The notes under the pieces were generated by a model, which was given only the letters and a program-made list of their open reading frames with translations, did no database searches and had not been told where the DNA came from. A stretch of 64,000 nt of DNA. It comes from the human T2T-CHM13v2.0 reference genome, Homo sapiens. Position numbers and translations under genes: made by a program. Below are positions 12,791 through 26,409 of the stretch, in pieces. The DNA lies in NCBI RefSeq assembly GCF_009914755.1, contig NC_060936.1; one strand, written 5' to 3'. Numbering within the stretch: the stretch's first letter is position 1; each line of letters starts with the position of its first letter.

Positions 12791-14879
12791 ATATAAGGAA
12801 CAGGAGTAAATGTTAACAGCATGACAATAGAAAAGTCATGGGATAAGAAAAGTCAATGGGAAAGGAGAGACAAAGGAAACTATAAAAAGGCTAATACTCT
12901 CTTCTTACAAAGTGGGAAATCAAGAAATGCTGCTAAAACTGAACCGAACAAAAAAGAGAACTTTACCACATTACTTAAAGTTCTAAAGTAGAAAATGAAA
13001 TCTTGAGAGAAAAAAGCATAGGAGAAGGAACACTGTAAAAGACTAAATCTTCTTTTTCATTTCTAGGAGTCAGTAGAAACTGTGAAATTGGCAAAATAGG
13101 TTTTATCTCACATATTCATTTTCACTGATCATTGGTGGCTGCCTGGGGCCCTCCTGAGTAGAACTTCGTATACAAGGCCCAACTCATTGATACACTGTGC
13201 TGTGATCAGTTAGAGCTGTCTGCCCAGATGCAGAAAGGATCAACGACACCATATATGTCTTCTCCACTTGAAGCAACACTGGGTCATCTGCGTACGGGAT
13301 GACAGAGGGTGAAGAGAAAGCATTAGCAGCAGTAAGAATGGGATATATCAGATTATAGAGAAACACAATGGTAAGGGGCTTAGTAATACAATAAATTCCT
13401 ATGTGAGGCTTTTTGTTTAAATTGACAACACTCCGAAATATACAAAGGAGATAAGCTGTAGAGAAGACTGACCAAAAAAGAGAGGTTTATATCTGTACTG
13501 TGTAAGAGTTGGGTGTCTTAGTTTTTGAATCCTGCCTTTCCCAAGTCTTACAGAAAAATTTAAGCAACAGAGTTTTGAAGACAAGTGCCTCCCTTGGCTG
13601 GATTGTATCCAGTGATTCATTTAAAGTCAGTGAAATGTATTTTGGGTATTGGAAACCTTCGATGGAAAAAACTTACCATTGCTCTAATAAAGCCCTCCCT
13701 GCTGCACCAATTACCTAAACAGAGGAAGCCGAGATAGCACGGTCCCAGCTGTACCATCACGCCAAATCCTGGGAACACAAGCAAAGCTTGAAGTCTTATC
13801 TCTACTTAAATCACGTGGAGTCTGGTGACTTTGCTGGCCTCCTGCTCAGCTGCAAACCATGTGAAACCCTGAGCAGGCTCCCTTGGTGGCTAATGTCTCT
13901 AATAAAAACACAACCCCCAGCCTGTGTCAGTGCTCCCAAGGACTGGCATTAAATAAACAGGATAGGAACCCTCGTGGTTATCAGAAGGGCACAGTTAGAG
14001 AGCTGTCTGCTCACTAAATGAAGCAAGAATAAAGCTTCATATTCTTCCGGCACCCTAAGTACTTCCTCACCTTTTCATGAAGCAGTATCCAAAGAGGTAA
14101 CTATTGCAAAGAGCCCTACGGTAGAGTTCTCATTCACATCCCAGCTCTGAAACCTTTATGCATTCGTCCAACCAATATTCAGCCTAACCCTGGGCTGAAT
14201 GATGAATGACCCAGTCACCCCCACCCCTGTACACCAGGCTCCACCAGTAGCCAGAGCACTGCCCTCTGCAGTGTCAATTCCAACAAGCATGGATTGTTTC
14301 TGAAGTGCCAGACAGGTTTCCCTGCCCTAAGGATTTCATTGCACATGCAGGACGATCAGAGGATCTTCGACCCCAACCACCTCTCCCACTTGGTCCAGGA
14401 ATCCTAAATTGGAGACTCATTCCTTAGGTTCCTTATTAAACGCCCCTTTAAAAATGGCTCAGCACAGTTATCAGCCATTAACACCTTAGCATGACATGTT
14501 TCCAGATGAGAGCCTACTGTGTGCCAAGGGCTATAGTAGGTGACTTATTTAGACTCTATAATCCTCAAAAACATTATAGTAAGGTCTAATCATTTAATAT
14601 AAATATATACACATGCACATACACGCACATTTTTTGAGGACCTACTATGTACAGGACATTGTACTCAGCTGCTGAGCAGGTGAAGAATGGTTTGGTATGC
14701 AGTAAGGGGAAACCATGTACAGTCCTGAGCACCATCTAGTAATAGTGATAAGATGCATACATTAAGCAAATATAACATACAGTGAATGTATTGCCATGAC
14801 CAAGGCACAAAGTACTATGTGTGGGATTTAGATGTGCTACAGAAAGAACAGGAAGGGTATTCCAGGCTGGGACCTAGCC

Positions 14880-15620
14880 ATTCATTCTCCATGTATTTAT
14901 TCAGCACAGACTCACTCATACTAGAAACTGTGCTGGACCAAAGAGTTTAAGCTGAGAAAGAACAGGATATGTGTAGGATATGTGTGCAGGTGAGGGGTAA
15001 AAAGAGAGAGAGAGAGAGGGCATGTGTAGAGATTGGTAAGTAATTCTATCAGGATGGGAAGCATAAAAGGGAGAAGTGGGATACAAAATTAAAAAGATCA
15101 AGTGGAATCAGATCGTGAAAGGTTTTGTATGTTATATTAGACACTTTAGAGCTTATTCTACAGTCAATAAGGAGCCATAGAAGGTTTAGAGCTGGAAATT
15201 GATGTAATAAGGGCTCTGCTTTATAAAGACTAACTTGACAATATATGGAAGAAAGTAACTAAAGATAAATATGGTAGGAGACCATCAAGGAAATTACTGG
15301 GTGCCCTAAAAGGGATAAGGGCATGAGCTCTTATCAGTGGAAACACAGGAAACAGAGAGAGAAGGGTAAATGCTGGCACCACTGGGTTCTGAAATTGGCA
15401 ACATGAGCAATAAGCCCAAGTTCTGGGTCATATTCCTACCAAGTAGACTGTACAGGGCCTGGCATAGAGTAGCCCCAGGATAAATGTCAGAGTGTAAATA
15501 AATGGATGAATGCAGGACAGGGAGGAATGAAAGATGACTGATGTTTGGGGCTAGATGTCTGTGAATGTTTTGGGAACAGGTTTGAGAAAACAAACCATCA
15601 TGGGTCAATGCCATTGACTG
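14880..15620 (-). mobile_element. L2 LINE fragments
   Basis: ACTTTAGAGCTTATTCTACAGTCAATAAGGAGCCATAGAAGG; GAAAGATGACTGATGTTTGGGGCT. Confidence 0.6.
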
Positions 15621-16049
15621 AGAAAGATGGGAGATAAGAAAATATCTAGATCTAGATCACAGAGCTTGTGAAAACACACAAGGGGACTGTGACTTTAACA
15701 AGAGAAGGCAGTAAAGGAGAAGAGCAAGGAGCTGTTGCTCAGCTGCCTCCTAGAAAAGGGTGTACAGAGTTGAGAGCCGGTGGTTTTGGGGAGTACCTGA
15801 CCCCCTGAGGACTATCAGGTACAAAGGAGGTTGATAATCACTGCATCAGGACAAGTGCTGGCATGAGGCACTGGTTACAAAGATGGATTTTGCAGTCAGA
15901 GAAAATTCAGACAAGCCTGTACAGGAATTCTGATTATGCCACTTACTAATCAGGTCACACTATTAGAACATTTGGGGCCTTGATTTGCTCACCATTAAAT
16001 AGAGATAATATTACCAAATAGAGTTCTTTAGAGGCTGGATGAGACGACA

Positions 16050-16454
16050 TATGTCCACCAAAAACTCACTCTCCCCCAAAACTTGCACAGTGTGAGTTGT
16101 TACTGGGAGGAAACTGCTCAGCCAGACACTGTATTCCCCAGTCCCCTTTGAGGTCAGGTATGACCACATTTTGAGTCTCAGGAGAAGCTGATATTTTTAA
16201 GGAGCAGGAGAACCTTCTCCACACACTTTTCCCCAATCACCTGACTGTATGCAGAGGCATCTGGGGACCTGGGGGAGAGTGGGGCAGCACCACAGACAAA
16301 GCCTGAGTTGCAAACCATCCTGCAGAAGAAAGCCAGCCTCAGATCACAGCTCTGGCATCAGACAGTCATGTGAACAAGAAATAAGCCTCTATGGGGTCAA
16401 ACCACTGTAATTTTGTGATTTGTTACGGCAGGAGGGCTCATGCTAACAAATGCA
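16050..16454 (+). mobile_element. MLT1 (H/I/J-like) LTR nested in a MIR
   Basis: TATTCCCCAGTCCCCTTTG..ATGTGAACAAGAAATAAGCCTCTAT..AAACCACTG; MIR pieces at ~15870-16050 and ~16470-16530. Confidence 0.65.
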
Positions 16455-16805
16455 GCAAGGATTACAACTTAAATCAAAGCATCTAGCTCTCTATCTCCTC
16501 CTGGTAAGTACTCAATAAACGTTAGCCAGAAGGAAAAAGAAAGAAGAAAGAAATAGAACTTGTGATTATGAGCAGAGACCCTGGCTCACAGCCTTCCAGG
16601 GAGCTCTAAGATCCAGGACATCCAGCTCTTCTTTCTTTCCTTTGACACCTGAGACATATGAGATGTATTTTCTCATCTAAAGACAGGAACATTATTTACA
16701 GAAATAAATGAGTGAATGACTCACTGTATGTGAGAGAGTTCATGGGCCTCCTGAACCCTATCTTTGTACAACCTGTGCATGTGCATATGTGTGCATGTGT
16801 GCGGG

Positions 16806-16831
16806 CACACACACACACACACACACACACA
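16806..16831. repeat. (CA)13 microsatellite
   Basis: direct reading. Confidence 0.95.
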
Positions 16832-16949
16832 TGCTCACTCATCTCATCACCCCATTCCCAATCCAGGTAAAGAATCTTTGGCTTGGCATTTGGAGCTGCT
16901 GACAATCTCCTATATCCAGCCCTAGAGTTGACCATCCAGGCCTCTTCCC

Positions 16950-17458
16950 TGTGGTAGGTAGAATAATGGCCCTCAAAAGATGTCCATATCCCAGTCCCCA
17001 GAATCTGAGAATATGTTGCCTTATGTAGTAAAAGGGACTTTGCAGGCATGATTAAGTTAAGGATTATCCTGGATTAGCCAGGTGGGCCCAATGTCATCAC
17101 AGTGTCCTTATAAGTAAAAGTAGGAAGGAGGTGGGTCAGAGTGAGAGGAGATGCAATGATGGAAGCAAAGATCAGAGAATCAGAAAGAGATTGGAAGATG
17201 CTATGCTTCAGCTTTGAAGATGGAGGAAAAAGCCAATAGCCAAAGAATGAAGGTGGCCTCTAGAAGCTGGAAAAGGTAAGGAAATCAATTTTCTCCTAGA
17301 GCTTCCAAAAGGAACAAGCCCTGATGACAGCTTGACTTTAGATCCACAAGACTGATTTGAGACTTCTGAACTCTAGAAATGTAAGATAGTAAATGGGCAC
17401 TATTTTAAGCCACTGTGTATATGGTAATTCATTACAGCAGCAATCAGAAACTAATACA
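16950..17458 (+). mobile_element. MLT1D solo LTR
   Basis: TGTGGTAGGTAGAATAATGGCCC start; ACAGCAGCAATCAGAAACTAATACA end. Confidence 0.9.
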
Positions 17459-18048
17459 CCTCCCCAGAACCAGCCCCAGGGGTGTAGCTGCTGGTCTCTT
17501 CCTTGCCTTGGCTTGCCACACTTGCCACACATAGATAAGATGCCACTCTGGGCTTACAAGCCTTAGTCCCTAGAGCTGAGAAGCAAGTCCCAATTCTGAT
17601 GTGCAGAGCCCCTTCACGGCACAGCTGTCCAACCCTGTGATCCAGCCATTATCCATCACGGGCCAAACCAACCATGACAGTGCAGTAGATAACTACCAGC
17701 TCTATTAAGCTGGGAAATGACTTCTCGGCAACCTAAAGGATTTCACAGTCATCAGATTACTAGTCCATTACTGGGAAGAGTTGACATTTTTTCTTTAATT
17801 CTTCACCAGGTAGCCAATTAGGCAGAGGACTAGGCAGAGGACATCATCAGATACTACTACTTTTATTGCAATTTCTATGTCCACTAAAATTGTTTCTTGT
17901 GTTCAACAATATAATGGGTGAGTTTCCAAATTTACTTCATGTTTTAAAAGATTATAATAAGCACATAATCGCTCGAGAAGTAGAATCAGGCCCTTCTTAT
18001 CCTTATCCTCCTTCCATTGCTGAAACAGGTGTGTCAGGTTGGGGGGGG

Positions 18049-18442
18049 TGTTATGGGCTGAATTGTGTCCTCACCACAAAATTCATTTGTTGAAGTCCTA
18101 ACCCCCAGTATTTTAGAATGTGACTGTACTTGGAGACAGGGTCTTTAAAGAGGTAATTAAGATTAAATGAGCTCATTGCTGTGGGCTCTGATCCAATATG
18201 ACTGGTATCCTAATAGGAAGAGGAAATCAGGCCATTAAGACACAGAGAAAGGGAGGACCATGTGAGGGCACGGTGAGAAGACTGTCATTTAAAGCCAAGG
18301 AGAGAGCCCTCAGAAGAAACCAACCCCGCCCAAACATTGATCTCAGGTCTCTAACCTCCAAACTTGTGAGATAATAAATTTCTGCTGTTTAAGCCACTGA
18401 GCATCTGGTAATTCGTTATGGCAGCTCTAGCTAACTAATACA
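18049..18442 (+). mobile_element. MLT1B solo LTR
   Basis: TGTTATGGGCTGAATTGTGTCC start; AACTAATACA end; GGGGG/GGAGG flanks resemble a 5-bp TSD. Confidence 0.9.
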
Positions 18443-18609
18443 GGAGGCTATCTTTATCAGCACTCTAGAAGTTGCTCTAAAGATTTCTCTACTATGCAAA
18501 TAGCCAGAATTAATCCACTAAGACCTTGTTTCCATTATAGTCAACTCTTTTATAAAAGCAGCAAATCAATATCTTATATTTTGTTCATTGCATCAACTAA
18601 TTAGGTGAA

Positions 18610-18870
18610 TACAACTAACATTTTTCAAGTCCTTGCTATACACAAGACACTGCAATAAGCTGTTTAGGTCTGTTATCTCATTTAATATTCACAAGAGATA
18701 TTGTTGTTTCTTAAAAACAAAACAAAACAAACGAAAAACAAAAAAACACAAATAAAATAATGAAGTCTCAAAGCAGTTAAATAACTTGCCCAAGCATAGA
18801 TACTTTGTGGAATTTATATCCGGGTCTATGGGGCTCACAGGTTCATGCCATTCCCCCCAAATTTTCCACA
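18610..18870 (-). mobile_element. MIR SINE
   Basis: ATCTCATTTAAT..GAAGTCTCAAAGCAGTTAAATAACTTGCCCAAG. Confidence 0.65.
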
Positions 18871-20959
18871 ATGTTTTCCAGACAGCTGCATCTTTGTGCT
18901 GAAAGTGGTAAGGAGTCCAAAGGCAATATGAAGATTAAGAGGAGCCCTATTCAGTGCCCTTCGAGGTGGCAAGTTATTTCTAGGAAGGGGTTACAGAGTC
19001 GTCACAGGAGAAGGAAAAGAAAAATATGCTACTTTTTTATGTACACATAGGAAACAAAAATCTAGCTGCCTATTGAGAGGGTATGCACATCATTTCCCCT
19101 CCCTTGGTAATGCGGCTGCTGCTGGTGCTTCGGGAGTGCGATAAACAAGTTGTAATGTATTAGCGCAAGTAGTTGCAGCAGCATGCTTCTAGAGCTGGCA
19201 GAATTGCTGAGAAACGGCTTTTATGGCACCAATCTCCTTGGAGACCTTAAATAACAGCCTAAAATGTATGGCACAGAGATCACGGGGTTTATTACTTTAG
19301 TTTCAGCTGGTGTTCTACAATTTATAGTTTTCCTGATAAATTGGGATCCATTCAGCTGGTACATATTATGTAGGATGGTGGAATTGTCTCTTCTGCATTG
19401 AAGGATCAGAAATGGGCAGATGCCTTGATTGGGTAATAACAGCGCCAGCCCAAGTCGTGTGTGTCAGTTGAATATTTGGGCTCATTTTAAAGAGGAATGG
19501 GTTCCCACAGTAGAACTGCACCCCTTTCTCCACCTCCCAGATACCTTCTAGTCTCAGAGGACCTAGGCATTGAAGTTAGTTATCTCATGCTTTCATCAGG
19601 ACCTGGCTAAGGGTAAAAAAATGCCACATGTCATGGTCCCTTTTCGGGGGTGGGTGGGTGTGCGGAGTCCTTGCTGAAATATGCAAATTAAAATCCCACT
19701 TCAGAATCCAGCAATGAAGGAATGACTTTTTATATAGAACCTAGAAGCATATTGTTTCCTATTTTCCATGAATTAATTTACAGTGAAATCCGCTTTAGTG
19801 GCTGTGGCTATGGCTGCTTCTGTATACTTAATTAATCTGATCTTGTTCAAAATCAGATTTTACAGGCCATGAACAAAGAGCATTTGAAAGAAAGCTGTGA
19901 GTTTGTGCTCCTGATTTTCACCCAATTAATCGGAGTCTGTCAGCTTTAAAAAAAAATTTTGTAAGAAAGAAAAGGGACAGCAATTGCATCTTGATATTGT
20001 TGTCCTTATTGCTGTTGTTCCATTAAAAAAAATCAAGCTATGATGCAGGAACAGTAACTTTCTCTCAGCTGAAAATCTTGTATAGATTTTAGCATTTGGA
20101 CTTTGGAGCCCTTCCAGGTCTTGTCTGGCTATTATTCTGCGAAGGGTGAAGGATTTACACAAAGGGCCTCAACTCTGAAGTGTCATTAAGTTCTATTGGG
20201 TCAGTAATTTCTGAAAAATGAATTAAAACAACAAAGTTCAATAATTTTATAGACATTGTTAGCCTGTATCTTTGGAGAGGAAAAAAAAGGAAAAGAAAAT
20301 AAATGGGCCTGGGTGTGAGGAATCGGAAAAATGGTTAGGAGAGAAGAACTCTGCCCCAATAGATATTCCTTTGAGCTCACAAGCCACCCAATTTTCTGTG
20401 GTGAGAAACACTTTCCAATGTGTAATTGCACACTATGGCTTACTCCTAGGTAGCTAACTTTCTTTCTAATGGGTCTCCCTGAGATAAAGAAATACCCTCT
20501 TGATGTCACTGGATTCCCTATAAAGAAGATGGGGCAGATGATCAAACGGTCATCCAGTTGCTGGAACTCATGCCTCAGTAACATCAACCGCTGCTGTAGA
20601 CCCATTGAGAGCTGGTTCAGTTAAAGGCTCATGTCTAGTCAAATACAAGGTCATGAGCAGCCTCACAGGGGGCTGTATCAAAGACCAAGCTAACTATTCT
20701 TGCTAAATGAAAAGACAACCGAGGATGTTTGCTGTTTTACAACCTATGGCAAGATTCTCAATGGTCTTGTCTCCTGAGAAAGATGCATTCTGGAAATTAG
20801 GAAATTAGTCCTCTGAATGCAAAGGTTCCAAGTACAGTGACCATTCAAACAGAGATGGAGGAAAGGGTGAGTGGGGAAGGCAGGAGCAGACAGATGCAGT
20901 GATTGACCCAAGGGGGCTGTCTTAAGTGCCAGGCAGGAAGCATTTCTCCTGGATCTCAC

Positions 20960-21110
20960 TTACCCCACGAGGTAAGAATTGCTACTATTATTCCAATTTT
21001 ACCCATGAAGAAACTGATGCTCAGACCAAATAAATGACTCATTCCAAGGTCCACAAGCACTAAGTGATGGAAGCAGAGTTTGAAATCCGGGAATCTTTCT
21101 CTGCAGTGCC
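20960..21110 (-). mobile_element. MIR SINE
   Basis: ATTATTCCAATTTTACCCATGAAGAAACTGATGCTCAGA. Confidence 0.75.
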
Positions 21111-22225
21111 CCTTTTATGCATTAGAGTATAGCCCTTGGTGGAGAAACCTGAGTTGACTAAGCTCACCAACCAACCTGAGACAGAAATTTAGGAGCACAT
21201 TTCATTCATCATTAGGAACTGCCTGTAGAGTCCACATAATTAAAGACGAATTCACACATCAAGACCTACTGATGTATCTACACACAGGAAGAGACCCACT
21301 TGGAGCTCAAGCATCTTACGGCCGACAGCTAGATGATTGACTATGGCCATTTAAACTTTGCTGCGGGACCATCAAAAGTGGAGCTGCTTCTTTAAAAACC
21401 TCCTCTGTTATATTTTTAATAACCTTCCCTCATCTTCTGGTCCTGACTCCCAGTTATCCCTCAATGGCTAATCCCTTTCTCTTGTCACTGGCTCCTCGCA
21501 CTCTGAACACTTTCAATTACTAGGTTGTTAACTGAAAAAAACACAACCTCACAGACCCTTTGGGATAAGCCAAGAAAAATGGCAATCATCTCTGTAAGCA
21601 AGAGATGACCTTACCTTAAAAGAGAACCGATCAAAAGCATGCAGACCTCATACCCTGATTACTTCTCAGAAGAGAGCCAGTCATCCATTGGAGTGAGGCT
21701 ATTCTTTTTCTCTTTCTTTCTTTCAAATAAAACTTCCAGCAGCCATGCTTCTAAAGACAGTTAAGCACAGGCAGAAACCTATTAAAATTACAAGCAACTA
21801 CTTGAAGGACTGAGGGTCCTTCCAGCTCTCACAATGATGTAAAGTAGCCACTTCCTGAAGAAGAAACACTAAGGGCCCTTCTGTGACCACAGGAAGAGAA
21901 CATGCAACCCAATGTCATTAGCAGTTGTGTCTGGCCTTCCATTCCAAAGCCATGCCTGCCTGTCCATGGAGAAACTGGGGGAGAAGATTATACATCAAGG
22001 CCTTTGTTGTTGACAGCTCTCTCAGAGTCAAGTTTCTCCCATACCCATCTTCCTAGTGAGGAATTAGATGGAGAGAGAGTTGAAGGAAATGTTGAGAAGC
22101 CCATTCACCTCTTCATCATGTTGGGATGGGAGAGAGGACCAGAGTCTTATCCACCAGAAGTCTTCCCCGCTTGACATTCTTCCATCAGTTGCTCCGACAC
22201 TTTCTTGGGGTTTCTTTGAAGAGGG

Positions 22226-22614
22226 TGTATTAGTCTGTTCTCTCACTGCTACCAAGAAATATCTGTCACTGGGTAATTTATACAGAAAAGAGGTTTCATT
22301 GGCTCACAGTTCCACAGGCTGCACAGGAAGCATGATGTTGGCCATCTGCTTCGCTTCTGAGGAGGCCTCAGGAAACTTCTGCCACAATTGTGGCAGAAGG
22401 TGAAGTGGAAGCAGGCTTGTCTTACATGGCTGGAGCGGGAGGAAGGGAGAGGTTCTACATACTTTTAAACAACCAGATTTCAGGAGAACTCGCTCACTAT
22501 CCAGTACCAAGGTGAATGGTACTAAACCATTCATGAGACTCTGCCTCCATGACCCAGTCACCTCCCACCAGGCCCCACCTCCAATACTAGGGATTACATA
22601 TCCAAACCGTATCA
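22226..22614 (-). mobile_element. MSTA MaLR solo LTR
   Basis: TGTATTAGTCTGTTCT..CACAGGAAGCATGATG..CATATCCAAACCGTATCA. Confidence 0.9.
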
Positions 22615-23149
22615 GGGGCTATGTGGGATGACCCTCCTAGCCTCTAAAGACAACTCTGGTATGGATTCCGATTATTTCAAAACTCCTTCAGCCAAGCTGT
22701 ATATCGAGTACCCGTGATATACAAGGCAATGGTAGGAGGGATCAAAAACACCTAAGACCCAATCCCTGCCATAGCAAGGAGTGCTCAGACAACTTGGGAG
22801 GAGAGATCAACAGACAAAGTATTATACTAAATAAGGGCCATGACAGAGCCAGATGTGATTTCACAGGCACAGGTGGGGGTTTGGGGAATTAGCAAATCAG
22901 ATTGGGGTTAAGAACTAGAAACTGAAGGTGAGGACTAAGCTGAGTCCTAAAAGACAAATAGGGAGTTTGAAAAGAAAAAGGGGGTGCCATGGACAGATGG
23001 TTCAATTACTGTTCTTAACTTAGACATATCATTATTCTCTAAGAGAGAAACTAATGAAAGTCAGTATATCATGAGGATGTCCCCATAAGAGCAGTGATCT
23101 TGCCCCCCATGTTAACGATTTTACTCTAGCACCTAAGAATGAGTGCAGA

Positions 23150-23581
23150 CAATAACAAAGATGTGAAGTCAACCCAAATGGCCATCAATGATAGACTGGA
23201 TTAAAAAAATGTGGTACATATACACCATGGAATACTATGCGCCATAAAAAGGAAAAAGATCATGTCCTTTTCAGGGACATGGATGGAGCTGGAAGCCACT
23301 AATCTCAGCAAAATAAGGCAAGAACAGAAAACCAAGCACCACATGTTCTCACTTATAAGTGGGAGCTGAACGATGAGAACACATTGACACATAGGGAAGA
23401 ACAACACACAATGGGGCCTGATGGTGGGGATGAGGGGAGGGGGAGCATCAGGAAGAATAGCTAATGGACGCTGGGCTCAATACCTAGGTGATGGGAATCA
23501 CCATGGCATATGTTTACCTATGTAACAAACTTGGACATCCTACACATGTGCCCCAGAACTTAAAAGTTGAAGAGAAAAAAA
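23150..23581 (+). mobile_element. L1 3' end (L1PA13/L1PREC2-like), 5'-truncated
   Basis: ORF2 end and 3'UTR GCATCAGGAAGAATAGCTAATGGA; degraded TSD AAGAATGAGTGCAGA/AAAAATGGGCACAGA. Confidence 0.88.
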
Positions 23582-23609
23582 TGGGCACAGAAAAGGTGCC
23601 CCACAAATA

Positions 23610-23925
23610 TTTTCTCTGAACATGCCAAGCACACTTGGCCTCAGGACATTTGCATTCATTCAATATTCCCACTCCTATCTGCATGGCTCACTCTCTCTCT
23701 TCCTTACCATTATTCTAAATGTCTTTTCTCTACTTGAGATTTTCTCATAGCACCTACCCACTGATATAGCACATGGTTGGTTGTTTATTGTCTGTCCCTC
23801 CCACTGGAATATAAGCTCCGTAAGAGTAGGAACTTTATCATTTTTGCTCAGTCGATATCTTCAGCAACTATTAAGTGCCTGGCACATAGCAAGCACTCAA
23901 TAAATACTTGTTGAACAAGGGAATG
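23610..23925 (+). mobile_element. L2a 3' end
   Basis: GTGCCTGGCACATAGCAAGCACTCAATAAATACTTGTTGAA. Confidence 0.8.
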
Positions 23926-25131
23926 CAGTTGACTACTCCCTTAAAGCCATTCTAATTCCTCCAATTCTCTGTTCATTAAATGACTATAGTTCCTCATTCA
24001 GTTCCTCCTGAATGCCAGGAAGAGAATGCTCTGAAAAGTGCTGTGGCCTTTTTCACTTTCACATGAAGGCCCAGGCAGTTTTATATACATTCTAACAAAC
24101 ATGGAAGGGTTTCTCATTGTCAATAAGGTCAGGTCCAAATCTGTTGGAATGTCGTACTATGCCCTCCATGATTGGGCTTCTGTTTTGTCTTCCAGCCTCA
24201 CTTCCTCCACTTTCTACCTTCTACTTTAGACTTTGATGCACTGAGCCACTGGCTCCAGCAAATGGCTTCATTCACTCACTCAACACTGAATGGGATGACC
24301 TATGAGCCCAACACAGTAGTTCCTGCAACTTGCATGTATTGTTTTCTCTTCCTCACCAGCCTTCCCCTGGCTTTACCAAGGTAACACATACTCATTCTTT
24401 AATGTGCAGATTATCAGAGCTGGGATTCAGTTATAGAGGACCAAACCACAGGAAGATCAGAGAAGAGAACAAGGCAGGCTTATCTCTGGGTTACCCAGGA
24501 GCTTTCAGATCATGAAGCCTATCCACAAATGAGGCAGAGGAGACCAAAGACAGCTACCTTCTTTATTTGATATGGTCACCTGATGTTAGCTTTTGGCCTG
24601 CATTGTTCTTCATATTTGTCACTATCAATGTTTGAAGTAGCAAATTTGTAAAAATGGCCAGGATCATGCAGATCTGGTGTGCGGAGGTATGGTCCCAATG
24701 TCTGTGCTGGAGGGGATCTTGTGACCCTCAATCACACCTCTTATGTTCCAAGTCACTTATTGTGATGCTTAAGGCTAAAAGTCCAAGTATTTTCAGCTCA
24801 AGAAGTTAGAAGATGAGCTCCCTAGATGCCTGGGCATCCCCAGGTCACCAGGTTCTTTGAAGTGATGGTGGTATTTACGGTAGCTGGTTCACTACAAGAA
24901 GAGAGGTGATGGACACATGAATGGGAAGAGCAAGTTTCTGAAGCTGGTGGCCACTATCAAAGCTGGCTTGGCTCAAGGCCAACATGGCCTGAAGGCAAAG
25001 TCCAGTGACCTTGGCTCAGCTGTCTCGGCAGAAAGAAGTGAAATGCCTCCTGGACACCTGGTCTTTCATTGATATTCCTGCAGCCCCTGGGGCATGGGCA
25101 CAGATAGATGCCCCTGGTCTTTGCCCCTGTG

Positions 25132-25134
<3 letters not shown>

Positions 25135-25175
<41 letters not shown>

Positions 25176-25186
25176 CGTGTACATAT
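25135..25186. repeat. (GT)17 plus alternating purine-pyrimidine extension
   Basis: direct reading. Confidence 0.95.
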
Positions 25187-25599
25187 CTCAGGAATCTGGC
25201 TTTGCACACTAGCTCAGCTTCCTTCCTATTCCCTACCCTTCACCATCTCTCCCTGCAGTCTCTCATGTCTCCCTGTCTACCCACTGGAGTTTGGGACAGG
25301 TCCTGCCTGCTTCAGGCTTCCTTCTCAAGGGGGAGCCAAGAAAGGGAGCAGGCTATGTGGGTGAGTGACTGTCTTGGTGTGCCATAACATTTGAAATGGT
25401 TCTCAATTCAATAAACATTGGATGAGTTGAACAAATAATGATGTTACCAATAATAATGGGTCATAGTGATTTAACTCAGTCTATACATTTTACCCAAAAC
25501 AGCGAATAGATGGGCATTTTATAAAAATTTGATTTATATTAAATAACAGCAAAACATCATTTTTATTCATGAGATGGATGAAATGCATGAAATTGAGAT

Positions 25600-26330
25600 G
25601 ACATCAAGCATTGCCAAGGATATGCAGAAGTGAGTCCTCTTTTACACGCTGCTGGAAGTGCTGGAATTTCTTTGGAGGGCACATGGTTCAGCAGTTCTGC
25701 CCCTTGGCATCTGTCCTAGAGAGATACACACAGGTGCCCAAGGAGGCACTTACAAGGGTGCTTGTATTGTTTGTCATAGCAGAACATTGGAAATGATCTA
25801 AATATCCACCAATACAGAAATAGCTACATAAATTCTATCATACCCATATTATGGAGTGTCACACAGTCATTGAAAAGCATGAAATGTATCTATTTGTACC
25901 ATATGAATAGATTGCCCGTGTAAACTCCATGAACTCAGGTGGTTTGGTTTTCTTTCTCTTGGTTGTCCAATGTATTCTCTGTAATTTGGAACAGTACCTA
26001 GCACCTAGTAGCCACCCAATAAATTATGTGTTCAATAAATGGAAGATGAGTAAAATGCATGTCACACATAACAGAATGATACTTTTATGTGTGATAATTG
26101 TTATTTAAAACAGAAAAAATAGTTTCTATTTTCTACAAATACATATATGTGTGTTAAGGCTTAAGAAAATATCTGGAAGGATGTAAACAAATATAATTCG
26201 CTGGGAGCAGGTAGGGAGGGCAATAGGGACTTTAGCCTTAACAATAATGTTTTAATTCTCATGAGGAGAATATTCACATATTACTTGACTAATAAAAAAT
26301 TAAAGTTTTTTAAAATTCATGATTAAAACT
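25600..26330 (+). mobile_element. Ancient L1ME 3' fragment interrupted by an L2 piece (~25915-26045)
   Basis: ATAGCAGAACATTGGAAATGATCTAAATATCCACCAATA; L1ME-like 3' end. Confidence 0.6.
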
Positions 26331-26409
26331 ATGGTGCTTGTTTTTGAGGGGAGAAAAACAATTAGATCAGTGCTTTTTAATTTTTTCCTTCTCTAGAAAT
26401 GGAATGAGT

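Noticed and set aside
17819-17842. 12-bp tandem TAGGCAGAGGAC x2 (similar micro-repeats near 35795 and 48778; palindrome ATCTAGATCTAGAT near 15645)
   Set aside because: Ordinary slippage-scale events expected in 64 kb
24360-24380. 21-nt AG..GT microexon-like segment
   Set aside because: Weak donor (GTAACA) in probable degraded repeat sequence, with no supporting context
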